The notes beneath the pieces are model-generated. The model was given only the letters and a program-made list of their open reading frames with translations. It was not told the origin of the DNA and ran no database searches. From an uncultured Clostridia bacterium (lineage in GTDB: Bacteria; Bacillota; Clostridia; TANB77; CAG-508), in NCBI GenBank assembly GCA_934168365.1, contig CAKPNJ010000007.1, positions 2,963-66,962 of the forward strand: a stretch of DNA of 64,000 bases, given 5' to 3'. Below, piece after piece: positions 27,937 to 37,658 of the stretch; position 1 is the first letter of the stretch; each line of letters opens with the position of its first letter. Both the position numbers and the translations under genes were made by a program.

Positions 27937-28124
27937 TCTTCATCATCTTTTTTTGTAACATTATCCTTAACTTCAGGAATAATAACTTCTCTAGTATCCT
28001 TAGGTCTAGGCTTTTCCACTTCTATATGTTCATAAACAGGAGAGATATTTAAATTACCATCACCTGTAATCACCTCTATTTTTTTTGGCTCTTTTATTTC
28101 ATCTACTTGGTTATTTTCTTCCAT
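27933..28124 (-). CDS. hypothetical acidic small protein (63 aa)
   Basis: GAGGTGG RBS before the ATG at 28124. Confidence 0.4.
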   Translation of the reverse strand: MEENNQVDEIKEPKKIEVITGDGNLNISPVYEHIEVEKPRPKDTREVIIPEVKDNVTKKDDEE

Positions 28125-28180
28125 CAAAACCACCTCACTATGTGTATGTTATCATAACAAAAAAACAATGTCAACATTTC

Positions 28181-28209
28181 TTGACATAAAGCACAATTCG
28201 TGTGATAAT
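28181..28209 (+). promoter_or_regulatory. sigma-A type promoter with an overlapping ATGTCAA/TTGACAT palindrome
   Basis: TTGACA, 17-bp spacer, GATAAT. Confidence 0.45.
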
Positions 28210-28245
28210 ATATAGGTAAAAATTTTAAAGGAATCGTGAAAATAA

Positions 28246-28860
28246 ATGGAGATAAACAAATCAAAAGGAGTAATTGAAGCAATACTTTTTGCAGCTGGCA
28301 GAGAAGTTAAAATAACTGAACTTATGTCAGCTTTAGAGGCAAGCTCAGAAGAAGTAATTACACTTGTAGAAAGTATGAAGGAAGATTATAAAAACGAAAA
28401 TAGAGGCTTGCAAATTGTGAATGTTGGCGAAGCTTACCAATTATGCACAAAACAAGAGTATTATGAATATTTATATACTATTTTTGATAAAAGAAATAAA
28501 CCAAATTTATCACAGGCAGCAATAGAAACTCTTGCAATTATTGCATATAACCCTAAAATTACAAGAGCAGAAATTGAAGCTATTCGTGGTGTTAATTCAG
28601 ATGGTACAATATATAAATTATTAGACTATAATTTAATAGAGGAAACTGGAAAGCTTGATGCGCCAGGCAGACCAGGCACATATGGAGTAACATCAGAATT
28701 TTTAAGAATATTTGGATTTAACAACTTAAATGAACTTCCAGATTTACCACGATATAAATTAGATGAAAATCAACAAATAGTAATTGATGATATTATTGAA
28801 GAAAAAGAAGAACCAAATGAGGCTCCAATGCCCGAAAGGGAGACAAGTAAAGAAGAATAG
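28246..28860 (+). CDS. scpB: segregation and condensation protein B
   Basis: ScpB family sequence (two winged-helix repeats, GRPGTYGVT). Confidence 0.85.
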   Translation: MEINKSKGVIEAILFAAGREVKITELMSALEASSEEVITLVESMKEDYKNENRGLQIVNVGEAYQLCTKQEYYEYLYTIFDKRNKPNLSQAAIETLAIIAYNPKITRAEIEAIRGVNSDGTIYKLLDYNLIEETGKLDAPGRPGTYGVTSEFLRIFGFNNLNELPDLPRYKLDENQQIVIDDIIEEKEEPNEAPMPERETSKEE

Positions 28861-28893
28861 GAAAAACTAGAAAATAGAAAGGATTGAATAAAA

Positions 28894-30573
28894 ATGAAAT
28901 TAAGTGAAAACTTTTTTTATACTTTAAGAGAAGACCTAAAAGATGAAGAGTCAGTTAGTGGAAATTTACTTGTTAAGAGCGGAATGTTTAAAAAAGTAGG
29001 AAATGGTATTTATATGAAAATGCCATTAGGAAAAAAGGTAGCTCAAAATGTAGAAAAAATTATTAGAGAAGAAATGAATAATGCAGGGGCAAAAGAAGTT
29101 ACAATGCCAATGCTTCTACCAGTAGATTTATTTGAAAAATCAGGAAGATATGCAGCATTTGGACCATCAATATTTAAATTAAATGACAGATATGACAGAC
29201 CATATGTATTAGGCCCAACACATGAAGAATTTTTTGTATTAGCAGCATCAATGAAATCTCACTCATACAAAGACTTTCCATATACTTTATACCAAATTGG
29301 AAATAAATATAGAGATGAGGTAAGACCTCGATTAGGTTTAATTAGAACAAGAGAATTTACAATGAAGGATGCATATAGCTTTGATACAAACCTAGAAAAT
29401 CTAGATAAATCTTATCAAAAACAATTTGATGCATATCACAAAATTTGCCAAAGACTAGGTTTGAATTATGTAGTAGTTAGAGCAGACACAGGTGTTATGG
29501 GAGGATTACTTTCAGAAGAATTCCAAGCTGTTACAGATGTTGGAGAAGATATACTTGTATTATGTGATAAATGTGATTATGCTTCTAATATTGAAGTGAC
29601 TCCTCATATATGTGGAGAAGAAGAAAAAGAAGAAGGAAAAACATTAGAGTTAGTCGAAACTGGAAATTGCCATACAATTGAAGAGGTATGTGAGTTTTTA
29701 AAATTAGATATAAAGAAAACTGTAAAAGCATTGCTTATGAATGTAGATAATGAATTAGTAGCATTTTTTGTAAGAGGAGACAAAGAGCTAAATGAAGTAA
29801 AAGCTCTAAAATTACTAAAAGGAATGGAAATAGGTTTTGCGGATGATGAATTGATTGCAACATCAAATGCAGTACCAGGTTGCACAGGACCAGTTGGACT
29901 AAATGCAAAAATAGTAATAGACAATGAAGTACTAAATATGAAAAATTTCTGCTGTGGAGCTAACAAAGAGGGATACCACTACATAAATGCTAATATAAAA
30001 GATTTTAAGTATGATGTAGTAGGAGATATAGTAAATGTAGAACATGGAGATGTATGTCCAAACTGCAATGAAGGACATCTAGTATTTAAAAAAGGAATAG
30101 AGGTAGGAAATACATTTAAACTTGGAACAAAGTATTCTGAAAGTTTAGGACTAGATTATTTGGACGAAAATAACGAGCTAAAACCAGTAGTCATGGGATG
30201 CTACGGTATTGGAGTAGAAAGAATGATTGCTGCAGTTGTTGAACAAAATCATGATGACAAAGGAATAATTTGGCCAATGAGCATTGCTCCATATAAAGTT
30301 GCAATAGTTTTAATAGACCCTAAAAATGAGGAACAATCAAAAGTTGCAAATGACTTATATAACACTCTAAATTCTATGGGAATTGATACTATATTAGATG
30401 ATAGAAATGAAAGACCAGGTGTTAAATTTAATGATATGGATTTAATAGGAATTCCACTTAGAATTACAGTTGGTAAAAAAGTAAATGAAGGCAAAGTTGA
30501 GCTAAAGAAAAGAGCAGAGAGTGAAAGCACAGACATAGCAATTGAAGAAGTTGTAAGTAAAATAAAGCAATAA
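28894..30573 (+). CDS. proS: proline--tRNA ligase
   Basis: Class II aaRS motifs with a bacterial-type ProRS editing insertion. 559 aa. Confidence 0.95.
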   Translation: MKLSENFFYTLREDLKDEESVSGNLLVKSGMFKKVGNGIYMKMPLGKKVAQNVEKIIREEMNNAGAKEVTMPMLLPVDLFEKSGRYAAFGPSIFKLNDRYDRPYVLGPTHEEFFVLAASMKSHSYKDFPYTLYQIGNKYRDEVRPRLGLIRTREFTMKDAYSFDTNLENLDKSYQKQFDAYHKICQRLGLNYVVVRADTGVMGGLLSEEFQAVTDVGEDILVLCDKCDYASNIEVTPHICGEEEKEEGKTLELVETGNCHTIEEVCEFLKLDIKKTVKALLMNVDNELVAFFVRGDKELNEVKALKLLKGMEIGFADDELIATSNAVPGCTGPVGLNAKIVIDNEVLNMKNFCCGANKEGYHYINANIKDFKYDVVGDIVNVEHGDVCPNCNEGHLVFKKGIEVGNTFKLGTKYSESLGLDYLDENNELKPVVMGCYGIGVERMIAAVVEQNHDDKGIIWPMSIAPYKVAIVLIDPKNEEQSKVANDLYNTLNSMGIDTILDDRNERPGVKFNDMDLIGIPLRITVGKKVNEGKVELKKRAESESTDIAIEEVVSKIKQ

Positions 30574-30599
30574 AAAAGTGGCAAAGCCACTTTTTTATT
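30573..30599. terminator. bidirectional intrinsic terminator
   Basis: AAAAAGTGGC/GCCACTTTTTT. Confidence 0.65.
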
Positions 30600-30607
30600 G
30601 CTTTATT

Positions 30608-31147
30608 TTACTTATTTAGTGAATTTAAAATTTCAGGATAAATTCTATAAGCATTTTCTTTCCAATTATCTACAATTCGCTTAGCCTCTTCACGTGAGCC
30701 TGCGAAAACGCTAATTTCAAAAATACAACTATTATTTTCATTTATTTTACAAGTAACAGTATATTCATTTTCACTCTTAGGAGTATATTCAGCAGTAATA
30801 GATTCTTCTTGAGCAGTTTCTTTTAATTCTCCTGAAAATGAGGTATCAACCTTTAATTTTATTATACCTGGGATCATATCATGAGTAAGGTCTAATGTAG
30901 CTCTTCCAAGGTCTGTAATTTGATATACATTTTTACCATCTTTATTAAAGCAAACAATATAATTTCTTTCTATTAAATCAAGTAAAAACTGTTGAAAATA
31001 AAAATAGTTCATATCCATAACAGCTAATACTAATCTTAATAATCCGTCATTAGTAATTGGATTTTCCATTTTATTTAAAATATATAAAATTAAAACTTTA
31101 TTTTCTGCTAAAACTTCTCCGTCTTGTGTTAATTTCAATTGTTTCAA
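30608..31147 (-). CDS. hypothetical protein (DUF4364-like)
   Basis: 179-aa ORF with conserved-hypothetical-like features. The family assignment is tentative. Confidence 0.5.
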   Translation of the reverse strand: MKQLKLTQDGEVLAENKVLILYILNKMENPITNDGLLRLVLAVMDMNYFYFQQFLLDLIERNYIVCFNKDGKNVYQITDLGRATLDLTHDMIPGIIKLKVDTSFSGELKETAQEESITAEYTPKSENEYTVTCKINENNSCIFEISVFAGSREEAKRIVDNWKENAYRIYPEILNSLNK

Positions 31148-31280
31148 CTCCTATCACGTATAATAACGTTTAAATTATAACATACATATTAAAAAAATAC
31201 TATAAAAGACAAAATAAAAAATAAAAAACTTTACAAATGACAAAATATACCGTAAAATATAAATAATATAAGGGGGAAAA

Positions 31281-32006
31281 ATGAAAACTCTATATGAAAT
31301 ATTGGAAGTAAGTGAAAAAGCTTCAAAGGAAATAATAGAAAAAGCATATAAAACATTAGCTAAAAAATACCATCCGGATTTACAAGACTCAAGTGACAAG
31401 CCAAAAGCAGAAGAAATGATGAAAAAAATAAATGAAGCATATGATACTTTAAGCGATGAAACTAAAAGAAGTAGATATGATGAAGAATTAGCAGTAAAGA
31501 GACAAAAAGAAGAAAGTAATAAGGCTAGTAATAATTCGTATAGTCAACAACAGTATTATCAACAACCAAATACTAATAATAATCAACAGCAGTATTACCA
31601 ACAGCCCAATAATAATAAACAAAACTCAGGCAATTCAAATCAATCAGGAGTAAACAATGAGTATGTAAATGAACAAATGACAGAAGAGTTCAGAAGGCAA
31701 CAAGAAGAAATACAAAAAAATATGCAACAACAATATCAGGCAAGATATCAAAACGCGTATGAAAATTATTTAAGAAGTTTAGGATATAAGATAAAATATA
31801 AGTGGACATGGGATAGATTTAAAGAATTACTAAAAACTCTTTTGATAACATTAGTAATATTAGTAATTTTGTGGTTTTTACCACCAACACACAAGATAAT
31901 AATGGAATTTTATGAATCAAATAAAGTAATACAAGTAATTGTAGATATAATATTGGGAATATTTAAAGGAATATGGGGGGCAATTTGTTCACTTTTTAAA
32001 GGATAA
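31281..32006 (+). CDS. J-domain (DnaJ-like) protein with a Q/N/Y-rich repeat region and a C-terminal TM anchor
   Basis: HPD motif (KYHPDLQ), a QQQYYQQPN tandem repeat, and a C-terminal hydrophobic segment. Confidence 0.7.
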   Translation: MKTLYEILEVSEKASKEIIEKAYKTLAKKYHPDLQDSSDKPKAEEMMKKINEAYDTLSDETKRSRYDEELAVKRQKEESNKASNNSYSQQQYYQQPNTNNNQQQYYQQPNNNKQNSGNSNQSGVNNEYVNEQMTEEFRRQQEEIQKNMQQQYQARYQNAYENYLRSLGYKIKYKWTWDRFKELLKTLLITLVILVILWFLPPTHKIIMEFYESNKVIQVIVDIILGIFKGIWGAICSLFKG

Positions 32007-32089
32007 ATTAAAGAGTAAATATTGAAATGTACAACAAAAAGGTGTATAATAGCCACTATAGTTACAGAAATAAAAAAGGAGATGTGTAT

Positions 32090-33841
32090 ATGTATAGAGA
32101 TCACAATTGTGGAGAATTAACAATAAAAAACGTAGGAGAAACAGTAACAATAGCAGGTTGGGTACAAAAAATTAGAAACTTAGGATCGATGGTATTTATA
32201 GATTTACGTGATCAATTTGGAATTACACAAATAGTAATATCAGCTGACAATAAAGAACAATTAACAGATATAGTTTCAGAATGTGTTATTCAAGTAGTTG
32301 GAAAAGTAATAGAAAGAAGCAACAAAAATACTAAAATTCTAACAGGAGAAATTGAAGTTGAAGCTGAAAAAATAGAGATATTAGGAAAATGTAAAACTGT
32401 TTTACCATTTGAGGTTAACTCAGATAAAACAGGAGAAGTAAAAGAAGATTTAAGACTAGAATACCGTTTCCTAGATTTAAGAAATGATAAATTACATAAA
32501 ACAATATTACTTCGTAATGAAGTAATGAAAACACTTCGTAAAAAAATGGATGAAATGGGATTTACAGAAATTCAAACACCAATATTAGCAAACTCTTCAC
32601 CAGAAGGAGCAAGAGACTACTTAGTACCAAGTAGAATTCATCCAGGCGAATTTTATGCACTTCCACAAGCACCACAACAATTTAAACAATTGTTAATGGT
32701 ATCAGGTTTTGATAAATATTATCAAATAGCACCATGTTTTAGAGATGAGGATCCTAGAGCAGATAGAGCACCAGGAGAGTTCTACCAACTAGATTTTGAA
32801 ATGAGTTTTGCAGAACAAGATGATGTATTAAATGTATTAGGTGAAATATTTACAACAGTTTTCAAAACACATACAGACTGGAAAGTAGATGAAATGCCAT
32901 TTAAACGTATTCCATATTTAGAAGCTATGGAAAAATACGGAAGTGACAAACCAGACTTAAGAAATCCACTTATAATTCAAGATGTTACAGAAATATTTAA
33001 AAATGTTGACTTCACACCATTTAAAGATAAAACAGTTAAAGCAATAGTAGTAGATGGTGCAGCAGAACAAAGCAGAAAATTCTTTGATGGAATGTCAGAT
33101 TTTGCTACAACTGAAGTTGGCGCAAAAATGTTAGGTTGGGTTAAAGTTGATAATGAAAATGTATTATCAGGTGGAGTAGCGAAATACATAACTCCAGAAG
33201 TTCAAAAAGAATTAGAAGAAAAAATAGGAATGAAGAAAAATTCAGCTGTATTCTTTATGGCAGACGAATTTAAAACAGTTCAAAAAATAGCAGGAGCTGT
33301 TCGTATTGAATTAGGAAATAGATTAGATTTATTAGAGAAAAACGTATATCGTTTATGCTATATAGTAGATTTTCCAATGTATGAATTATCAGACGAAGGA
33401 AAGGTTGACTTCAACCATAACCCATTCTCAATGCCACAAGGTGGAATGGAAGCTTTAATGACAAAAAATCCACTTGAAATATTAGCATATCAATATGATG
33501 TTGTATGTAATGGATATGAAGTAGCCTCAGGAGCTGTTAGAAACCACAGCCCAGAGTTAATGGTAAAAGCATTTGAAATAGCAGGATATAGCGAAGAAGA
33601 AGTAAAAACAAGATTTGGTGCATTATATAATGCATTCCAATACGGAACACCACCACATGCTGGAGCTGCTCCTGGATTAGATAGAATGGTAATGCTTGTA
33701 GCTGACAGCAAAAACATTCGTGAAGTAATTGCTTTCCCTAAAAATAAAAAGGCAAGAGACCTACTTATGAGAGCACCAAGCAGAGTACATGAACAACAAT
33801 TAAAAGATGTTCATATTAGAATTGTAGAAAAAGAAAAATAA
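32090..33841 (+). CDS. aspS: aspartate--tRNA ligase
   Basis: Class IIb aaRS with an N-terminal OB fold and conserved motifs. Start at the ATG at 32090 with a GGAGA RBS. Confidence 0.95.
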   Translation: MYRDHNCGELTIKNVGETVTIAGWVQKIRNLGSMVFIDLRDQFGITQIVISADNKEQLTDIVSECVIQVVGKVIERSNKNTKILTGEIEVEAEKIEILGKCKTVLPFEVNSDKTGEVKEDLRLEYRFLDLRNDKLHKTILLRNEVMKTLRKKMDEMGFTEIQTPILANSSPEGARDYLVPSRIHPGEFYALPQAPQQFKQLLMVSGFDKYYQIAPCFRDEDPRADRAPGEFYQLDFEMSFAEQDDVLNVLGEIFTTVFKTHTDWKVDEMPFKRIPYLEAMEKYGSDKPDLRNPLIIQDVTEIFKNVDFTPFKDKTVKAIVVDGAAEQSRKFFDGMSDFATTEVGAKMLGWVKVDNENVLSGGVAKYITPEVQKELEEKIGMKKNSAVFFMADEFKTVQKIAGAVRIELGNRLDLLEKNVYRLCYIVDFPMYELSDEGKVDFNHNPFSMPQGGMEALMTKNPLEILAYQYDVVCNGYEVASGAVRNHSPELMVKAFEIAGYSEEEVKTRFGALYNAFQYGTPPHAGAAPGLDRMVMLVADSKNIREVIAFPKNKKARDLLMRAPSRVHEQQLKDVHIRIVEKEK

Positions 33842-33853
33842 AATCAAATGAAG

Positions 33854-33880
33854 AAACTGTCGAATTTTAGACAGTTTTTT
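33854..33880 (+). terminator. intrinsic terminator after aspS
   Basis: AACTGTC/GACAGTT followed by a T-run. Confidence 0.65.
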
Positions 33881-33925
33881 CAGTTAAATAAAAAAACTTA
33901 TTAAAAACAAATTTTCGCAAAAATG

Positions 33926-33954
33926 TTGACTAGAGCTTTACTGTGTAGTATAAT
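33926..33954 (+). promoter_or_regulatory. sigma-A type promoter
   Basis: TTGACT, 17-bp spacer, TATAAT. Confidence 0.55.
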
Positions 33955-33989
33955 AGAATATGTAAATAAAATGCGAAAGAGGTGGTAAT

Positions 33990-34238
33990 ATGCCAATGAA
34001 GACTAACGAAAATCAATCTTTAGAATCACTAATCGCAGCAATACAAGAACTATTATATGAACTAAAAAACGAACAAGATGACATACTAACAAAATTAGAC
34101 AAACATCATAAGGCAACAATGCAGCAATTGCATGTACTTAGAGAGTTCGACCAAATTTCAGATATGACAAACCAAATATTTGAAAGGCGACTATCAAGTA
34201 TTGAGCAGACTCTAAAAGAAAGAAAAAAGACATACTAA
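33990..34238 (+). CDS. hypothetical small protein (82 aa)
   Basis: GAGGTGG RBS. Followed immediately by a very long hairpin. Confidence 0.5.
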   Translation: MPMKTNENQSLESLIAAIQELLYELKNEQDDILTKLDKHHKATMQQLHVLREFDQISDMTNQIFERRLSSIEQTLKERKKTY

Positions 34239-34242
34239 GAAT

Positions 34243-34345
34243 ATGCCATTGGGGACGGAGAACTTTGGCACGCTTTTAAGATTTAATTTATTTTTAATTT
34301 AAATTAGTCTTAAAGCGTGCCAAAGTTCTCCGTCCCCAATGGCAT
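34243..34345. repeat. 39-bp-arm near-perfect inverted repeat (hairpin, followed by a T-run) sharing a TTGGGGACGG core with the 21306-21408 element
   Basis: ATATGCCATTGGGGACGGAGAACTTTGGCACGC... pairs with ...GCGTGCCAAAGTTCTCCGTCCCCAATGGCATAT. Confidence 0.7.
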
Positions 34346-34422
34346 ATTTTTTAATAAAAACTCTTGATAAATATGAAAAATAAATATAAAATAAATATAG
34401 AAAAAATTAGGAGAAAAAATTT

Positions 34423-35805
34423 ATGAACAATAAAAAAACATTTAGATTTTATACAGCACTTTGGGTGGCTAAAGGTGTATCATTCATATTAAAACTAACA
34501 GGTAGAAATGCCACAAGTTTACCAGGAAAAATAGCTATCAGAATATGTCCAGACTTTTTAGGAAGATTAGAAAAACCTAAAACTATTATAGGAGTAACAG
34601 GAACTAATGGTAAGACAACAGTTTGCAATATAATAAATGACATATTAACAGCAAACAAATTTGACTTTATAAATAACAAATATGGATCTAATATAGATAG
34701 AGGAGTTGCCACTACACTTATTCAAGGGTCAACAATATCAGGAAAGGCAAAAAAAGATTTAGCAATACTTGAAATAGATGAAAGAAGCACAAGAAAAATA
34801 TTTCCATATATTACACCAACATACCTAGTATGTACCAACATCTTTAGAGATTCATTAATGAGACACGCACATACAGAATATATTTCAGAAATATTAAGCA
34901 AGTACATTCCTAAAGAAACAATAATGATAGAAAATGCAGACGATTTAATTTCTAGTCAAATTGCAGAAAACAACAAGAAAATATATTTTAGTATAGACAG
35001 ATTACCAACAGATTCAGACCATTGTGAAAACATCACAAGAGATATTAGAGTATGTCCAAAATGCTATACTACTCTAGAATATGAATATGTAAGATACCAT
35101 CACATTGGAAAAGCACATTGCCCTAATTGTGATTTTAAAACACCAGAAGCAGATTATGTACTAAATAACTTAGACTTACCAAATAAAAAAATGACAATCA
35201 AGTCAAAAAACAATGAAGAAACATATGATTTAATCAGTGATAATATAATAAACATATATAATACATTAGCTGCAATAATTGCACTAAAACAATTGAATTT
35301 GACATATGAACAAATAAACACACCATTAAAAAATATTAAAATTGTAGAGACAAGATATAGTAAAGAAGAATATAAAGGATATGAAATTGTAACACAATTG
35401 GCTAAAGGAATGAACCCAATTGCATGTTCACTAGCATTTGACTATACAAGAAAACAGCCAGGAAATAAAGCAGTAATAGTAATATTGGATGATTTGCATC
35501 AAGAAGCTCATGGTTCTGAAAATACAGCATGGTTATATGATACAGATTATGAGTTCCTAAATGATAAAGAAATTAAACAAATTATTATTGCAGGTCCTCG
35601 ATATATGGATGCATATGTAAGGCTTTTAATGGCAGATATTCCAGAAGAAAAAATAGTACACAAATGTGATATTATTGAAGCAACATGCGAGTTAAAATTA
35701 GACGGAATTGAAAAAATATTTATTTTACATGACTTGTATTCATTAAATGAAACAAAACAAATAAAGCAAAAAGTAAAAGAAATTATAGATGGGGAGAACG
35801 GTTAA
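34423..35805 (+). CDS. murT: lipid II isoglutaminyl synthase subunit MurT (Mur ligase family with a Cys-rich DUF1727 insert)
   Basis: GVTGTNGKTT P-loop and a CPKC...CPNC zinc ribbon. Followed by gatD. Confidence 0.8.
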   Translation: MNNKKTFRFYTALWVAKGVSFILKLTGRNATSLPGKIAIRICPDFLGRLEKPKTIIGVTGTNGKTTVCNIINDILTANKFDFINNKYGSNIDRGVATTLIQGSTISGKAKKDLAILEIDERSTRKIFPYITPTYLVCTNIFRDSLMRHAHTEYISEILSKYIPKETIMIENADDLISSQIAENNKKIYFSIDRLPTDSDHCENITRDIRVCPKCYTTLEYEYVRYHHIGKAHCPNCDFKTPEADYVLNNLDLPNKKMTIKSKNNEETYDLISDNIINIYNTLAAIIALKQLNLTYEQINTPLKNIKIVETRYSKEEYKGYEIVTQLAKGMNPIACSLAFDYTRKQPGNKAVIVILDDLHQEAHGSENTAWLYDTDYEFLNDKEIKQIIIAGPRYMDAYVRLLMADIPEEKIVHKCDIIEATCELKLDGIEKIFILHDLYSLNETKQIKQKVKEIIDGENG

Positions 35806-36515
35806 TGAAAATTGAAATTTTATACCCAGAACTATGTAATTTAAATGGAGATATGGGAAATATAAGGTACTTAAAGAAATGTGTACCAGAAATAGAAATA
35901 TTAGAAACCACAATAAATGAAAAGCCAAAATTCATTGAGCAAGATGATATTTCTTTAGTATATATGGGGACATCAACTGAAAAGTCGCAAGAAATTATAA
36001 TAGAAAAATTAAAACCATATACAGAGCAAATTAAACAGAAAATAGATAATAATCAATTATTTTTGTTTCTAGGCAATAGTTTAGAAATACTAGGAAAATA
36101 TATTGAAAATGAAGATGGAAGCAAAATAGAAGCACTTGGAATTTTTGATATATATGCTAAAAGAAATATGTTAAATAGACATAACAGTTTCTTTTTAGGA
36201 ACATATGAAGATATAGAAATTCTAGGCTTTAGAGGTCAATTTACAATGCTATATGGAAACAATGAAAATAGCTATTTTGCAAAAGCAGAAATGGGAATAG
36301 GAATAAATGAGCAAACTAAATTAGAAGGAATCCATAAAAATAACTTCTTAGCAACATATATAATTGGACCAATATTAGTATTAAACCCATACTTTACATT
36401 AAAACTATTAAAAATGATGGGAGTAGAAAATCCAAAACTTGCATTTGAAAAAGAAGTTATAGAAGCATATAATATTAGACTAAAAAAATTCAAAGAATTA
36501 CAAAGCAAAAACTAA
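35805..36515 (+). CDS. gatD: lipid II isoglutaminyl synthase glutaminase subunit GatD (CobQ-like GATase)
   Basis: Class I glutamine amidotransferase-like fold. Its start overlaps the murT stop (translational coupling). Confidence 0.8.
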   Translation: MKIEILYPELCNLNGDMGNIRYLKKCVPEIEILETTINEKPKFIEQDDISLVYMGTSTEKSQEIIIEKLKPYTEQIKQKIDNNQLFLFLGNSLEILGKYIENEDGSKIEALGIFDIYAKRNMLNRHNSFFLGTYEDIEILGFRGQFTMLYGNNENSYFAKAEMGIGINEQTKLEGIHKNNFLATYIIGPILVLNPYFTLKLLKMMGVENPKLAFEKEVIEAYNIRLKKFKELQSKN

Positions 36516-36518
36516 AAA

Positions 36519-36551
36519 ATCAATCAGCCGTAAGGATGGCTGATTTTTTTG
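36519..36551 (+). terminator. intrinsic terminator
   Basis: AATCAGCC/GGCTGATT followed by a T-run. Confidence 0.65.
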
Positions 36552-36621
36552 CTTTACATATTGAAAAAAAATAGATATTATGATATAAATTATATGTAAT
36601 AATAGATAAAAAGGAACAATA

Positions 36622-37647
36622 ATGAAAAATATAAAAGAATATAACCTAGACGAATTAAAGCAAGAACTTATTTCCCTAGGAGAAAAAGGATATAGAGCAG
36701 AGCAAATATTTAACTGGCTTTATGTAGAAAAAGTAAAAAGTTTTGACGATATGACTAATTTATCATTAGAACTAAGAGAAAAACTAAAACAAAACTATAC
36801 AATGTGTAACTTTGAAATACTTAGTAAACAAGAATCTTCAGACGGGACAAAAAAATACTTATTTGATGTATTAGATGGAAATGCAATAGAAACGGTTTTA
36901 ATGCAATATCATCATGGAAAAACAATTTGTGTATCTTCACAAATTGGATGCAAAATGGGATGTAAGTTTTGTGCATCAACAGGAATAGCATTTGTTAGAG
37001 GTCTTACATCAGGCGAGATAGTTGAACAAATATTGGCAGTAGAACAAGACATTGGAGAGCATATTTCAAATATAGTATTTATGGGAATAGGAGAACCTTT
37101 TGACAATTATGATAATGTAATACATGCAATTAGAATTATAAATAATCAAAAAGGTTTAAATATAGGAGCAAGACATATTAGCGTTTCAACATCTGGGCTA
37201 GTTCCAAGAATTTATGATTTTGCAAATGAAGATTTGCAATGTACATTATCTATTTCGCTACATGCAACAGATAATACCAAAAGAAGTGCAATGATGCCAG
37301 TAAATAATCTATATTCAATTGAAGAACTTATGGAGGCTTGCAAATACTACATTGCAAAAACTAATAAGAGAATATCATTTGAATATGCATTGGCAAAAGA
37401 TAACAATGACAATTTAGAAGATGCAAAAGCATTGGTAAACTTATTAAAAGGAATGCTTTGTCATGTGAACTTAATACCAATAAACAAAATTGAAAACGGA
37501 AAATTTACTAAAAGCAGTAATGATAATATTATAAAATTTAGAGATTACTTAAATGACCATGGAATTGTGGCAACAATTAGAAGAGAGCTAGGCAGTGACA
37601 TAGATGCAGCATGTGGTCAATTAAGAAGAAAAAATTTAAAAACATAG
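36622..37647 (+). CDS. rlmN: 23S rRNA (adenine2503-C2)-methyltransferase, radical SAM
   Basis: CxxxCxxC radical-SAM motif (CKMGCKFC). Conserved rlmN-prpC-prkC synteny. Confidence 0.9.
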   Translation: MKNIKEYNLDELKQELISLGEKGYRAEQIFNWLYVEKVKSFDDMTNLSLELREKLKQNYTMCNFEILSKQESSDGTKKYLFDVLDGNAIETVLMQYHHGKTICVSSQIGCKMGCKFCASTGIAFVRGLTSGEIVEQILAVEQDIGEHISNIVFMGIGEPFDNYDNVIHAIRIINNQKGLNIGARHISVSTSGLVPRIYDFANEDLQCTLSISLHATDNTKRSAMMPVNNLYSIEELMEACKYYIAKTNKRISFEYALAKDNNDNLEDAKALVNLLKGMLCHVNLIPINKIENGKFTKSSNDNIIKFRDYLNDHGIVATIRRELGSDIDAACGQLRRKNLKT

Positions 37648-37658
37648 GAGGAAAATAG

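Noticed and set aside
28861-28893. Expected T-box riboswitch leaders upstream of proS and aspS
   Set aside because: The leaders are only about 33 nt (proS) and about 80 nt (aspS). That is too short for a T-box, and no specifier/antiterminator structure is visible.
31500-31680. Tandem repeats in the J-domain protein gene as a possible CRISPR or minisatellite
   Set aside because: The repeats are in-frame coding repeats (QQQYYQQPN) within a single ORF. There are no spacer/repeat periodicity and no cas genes.
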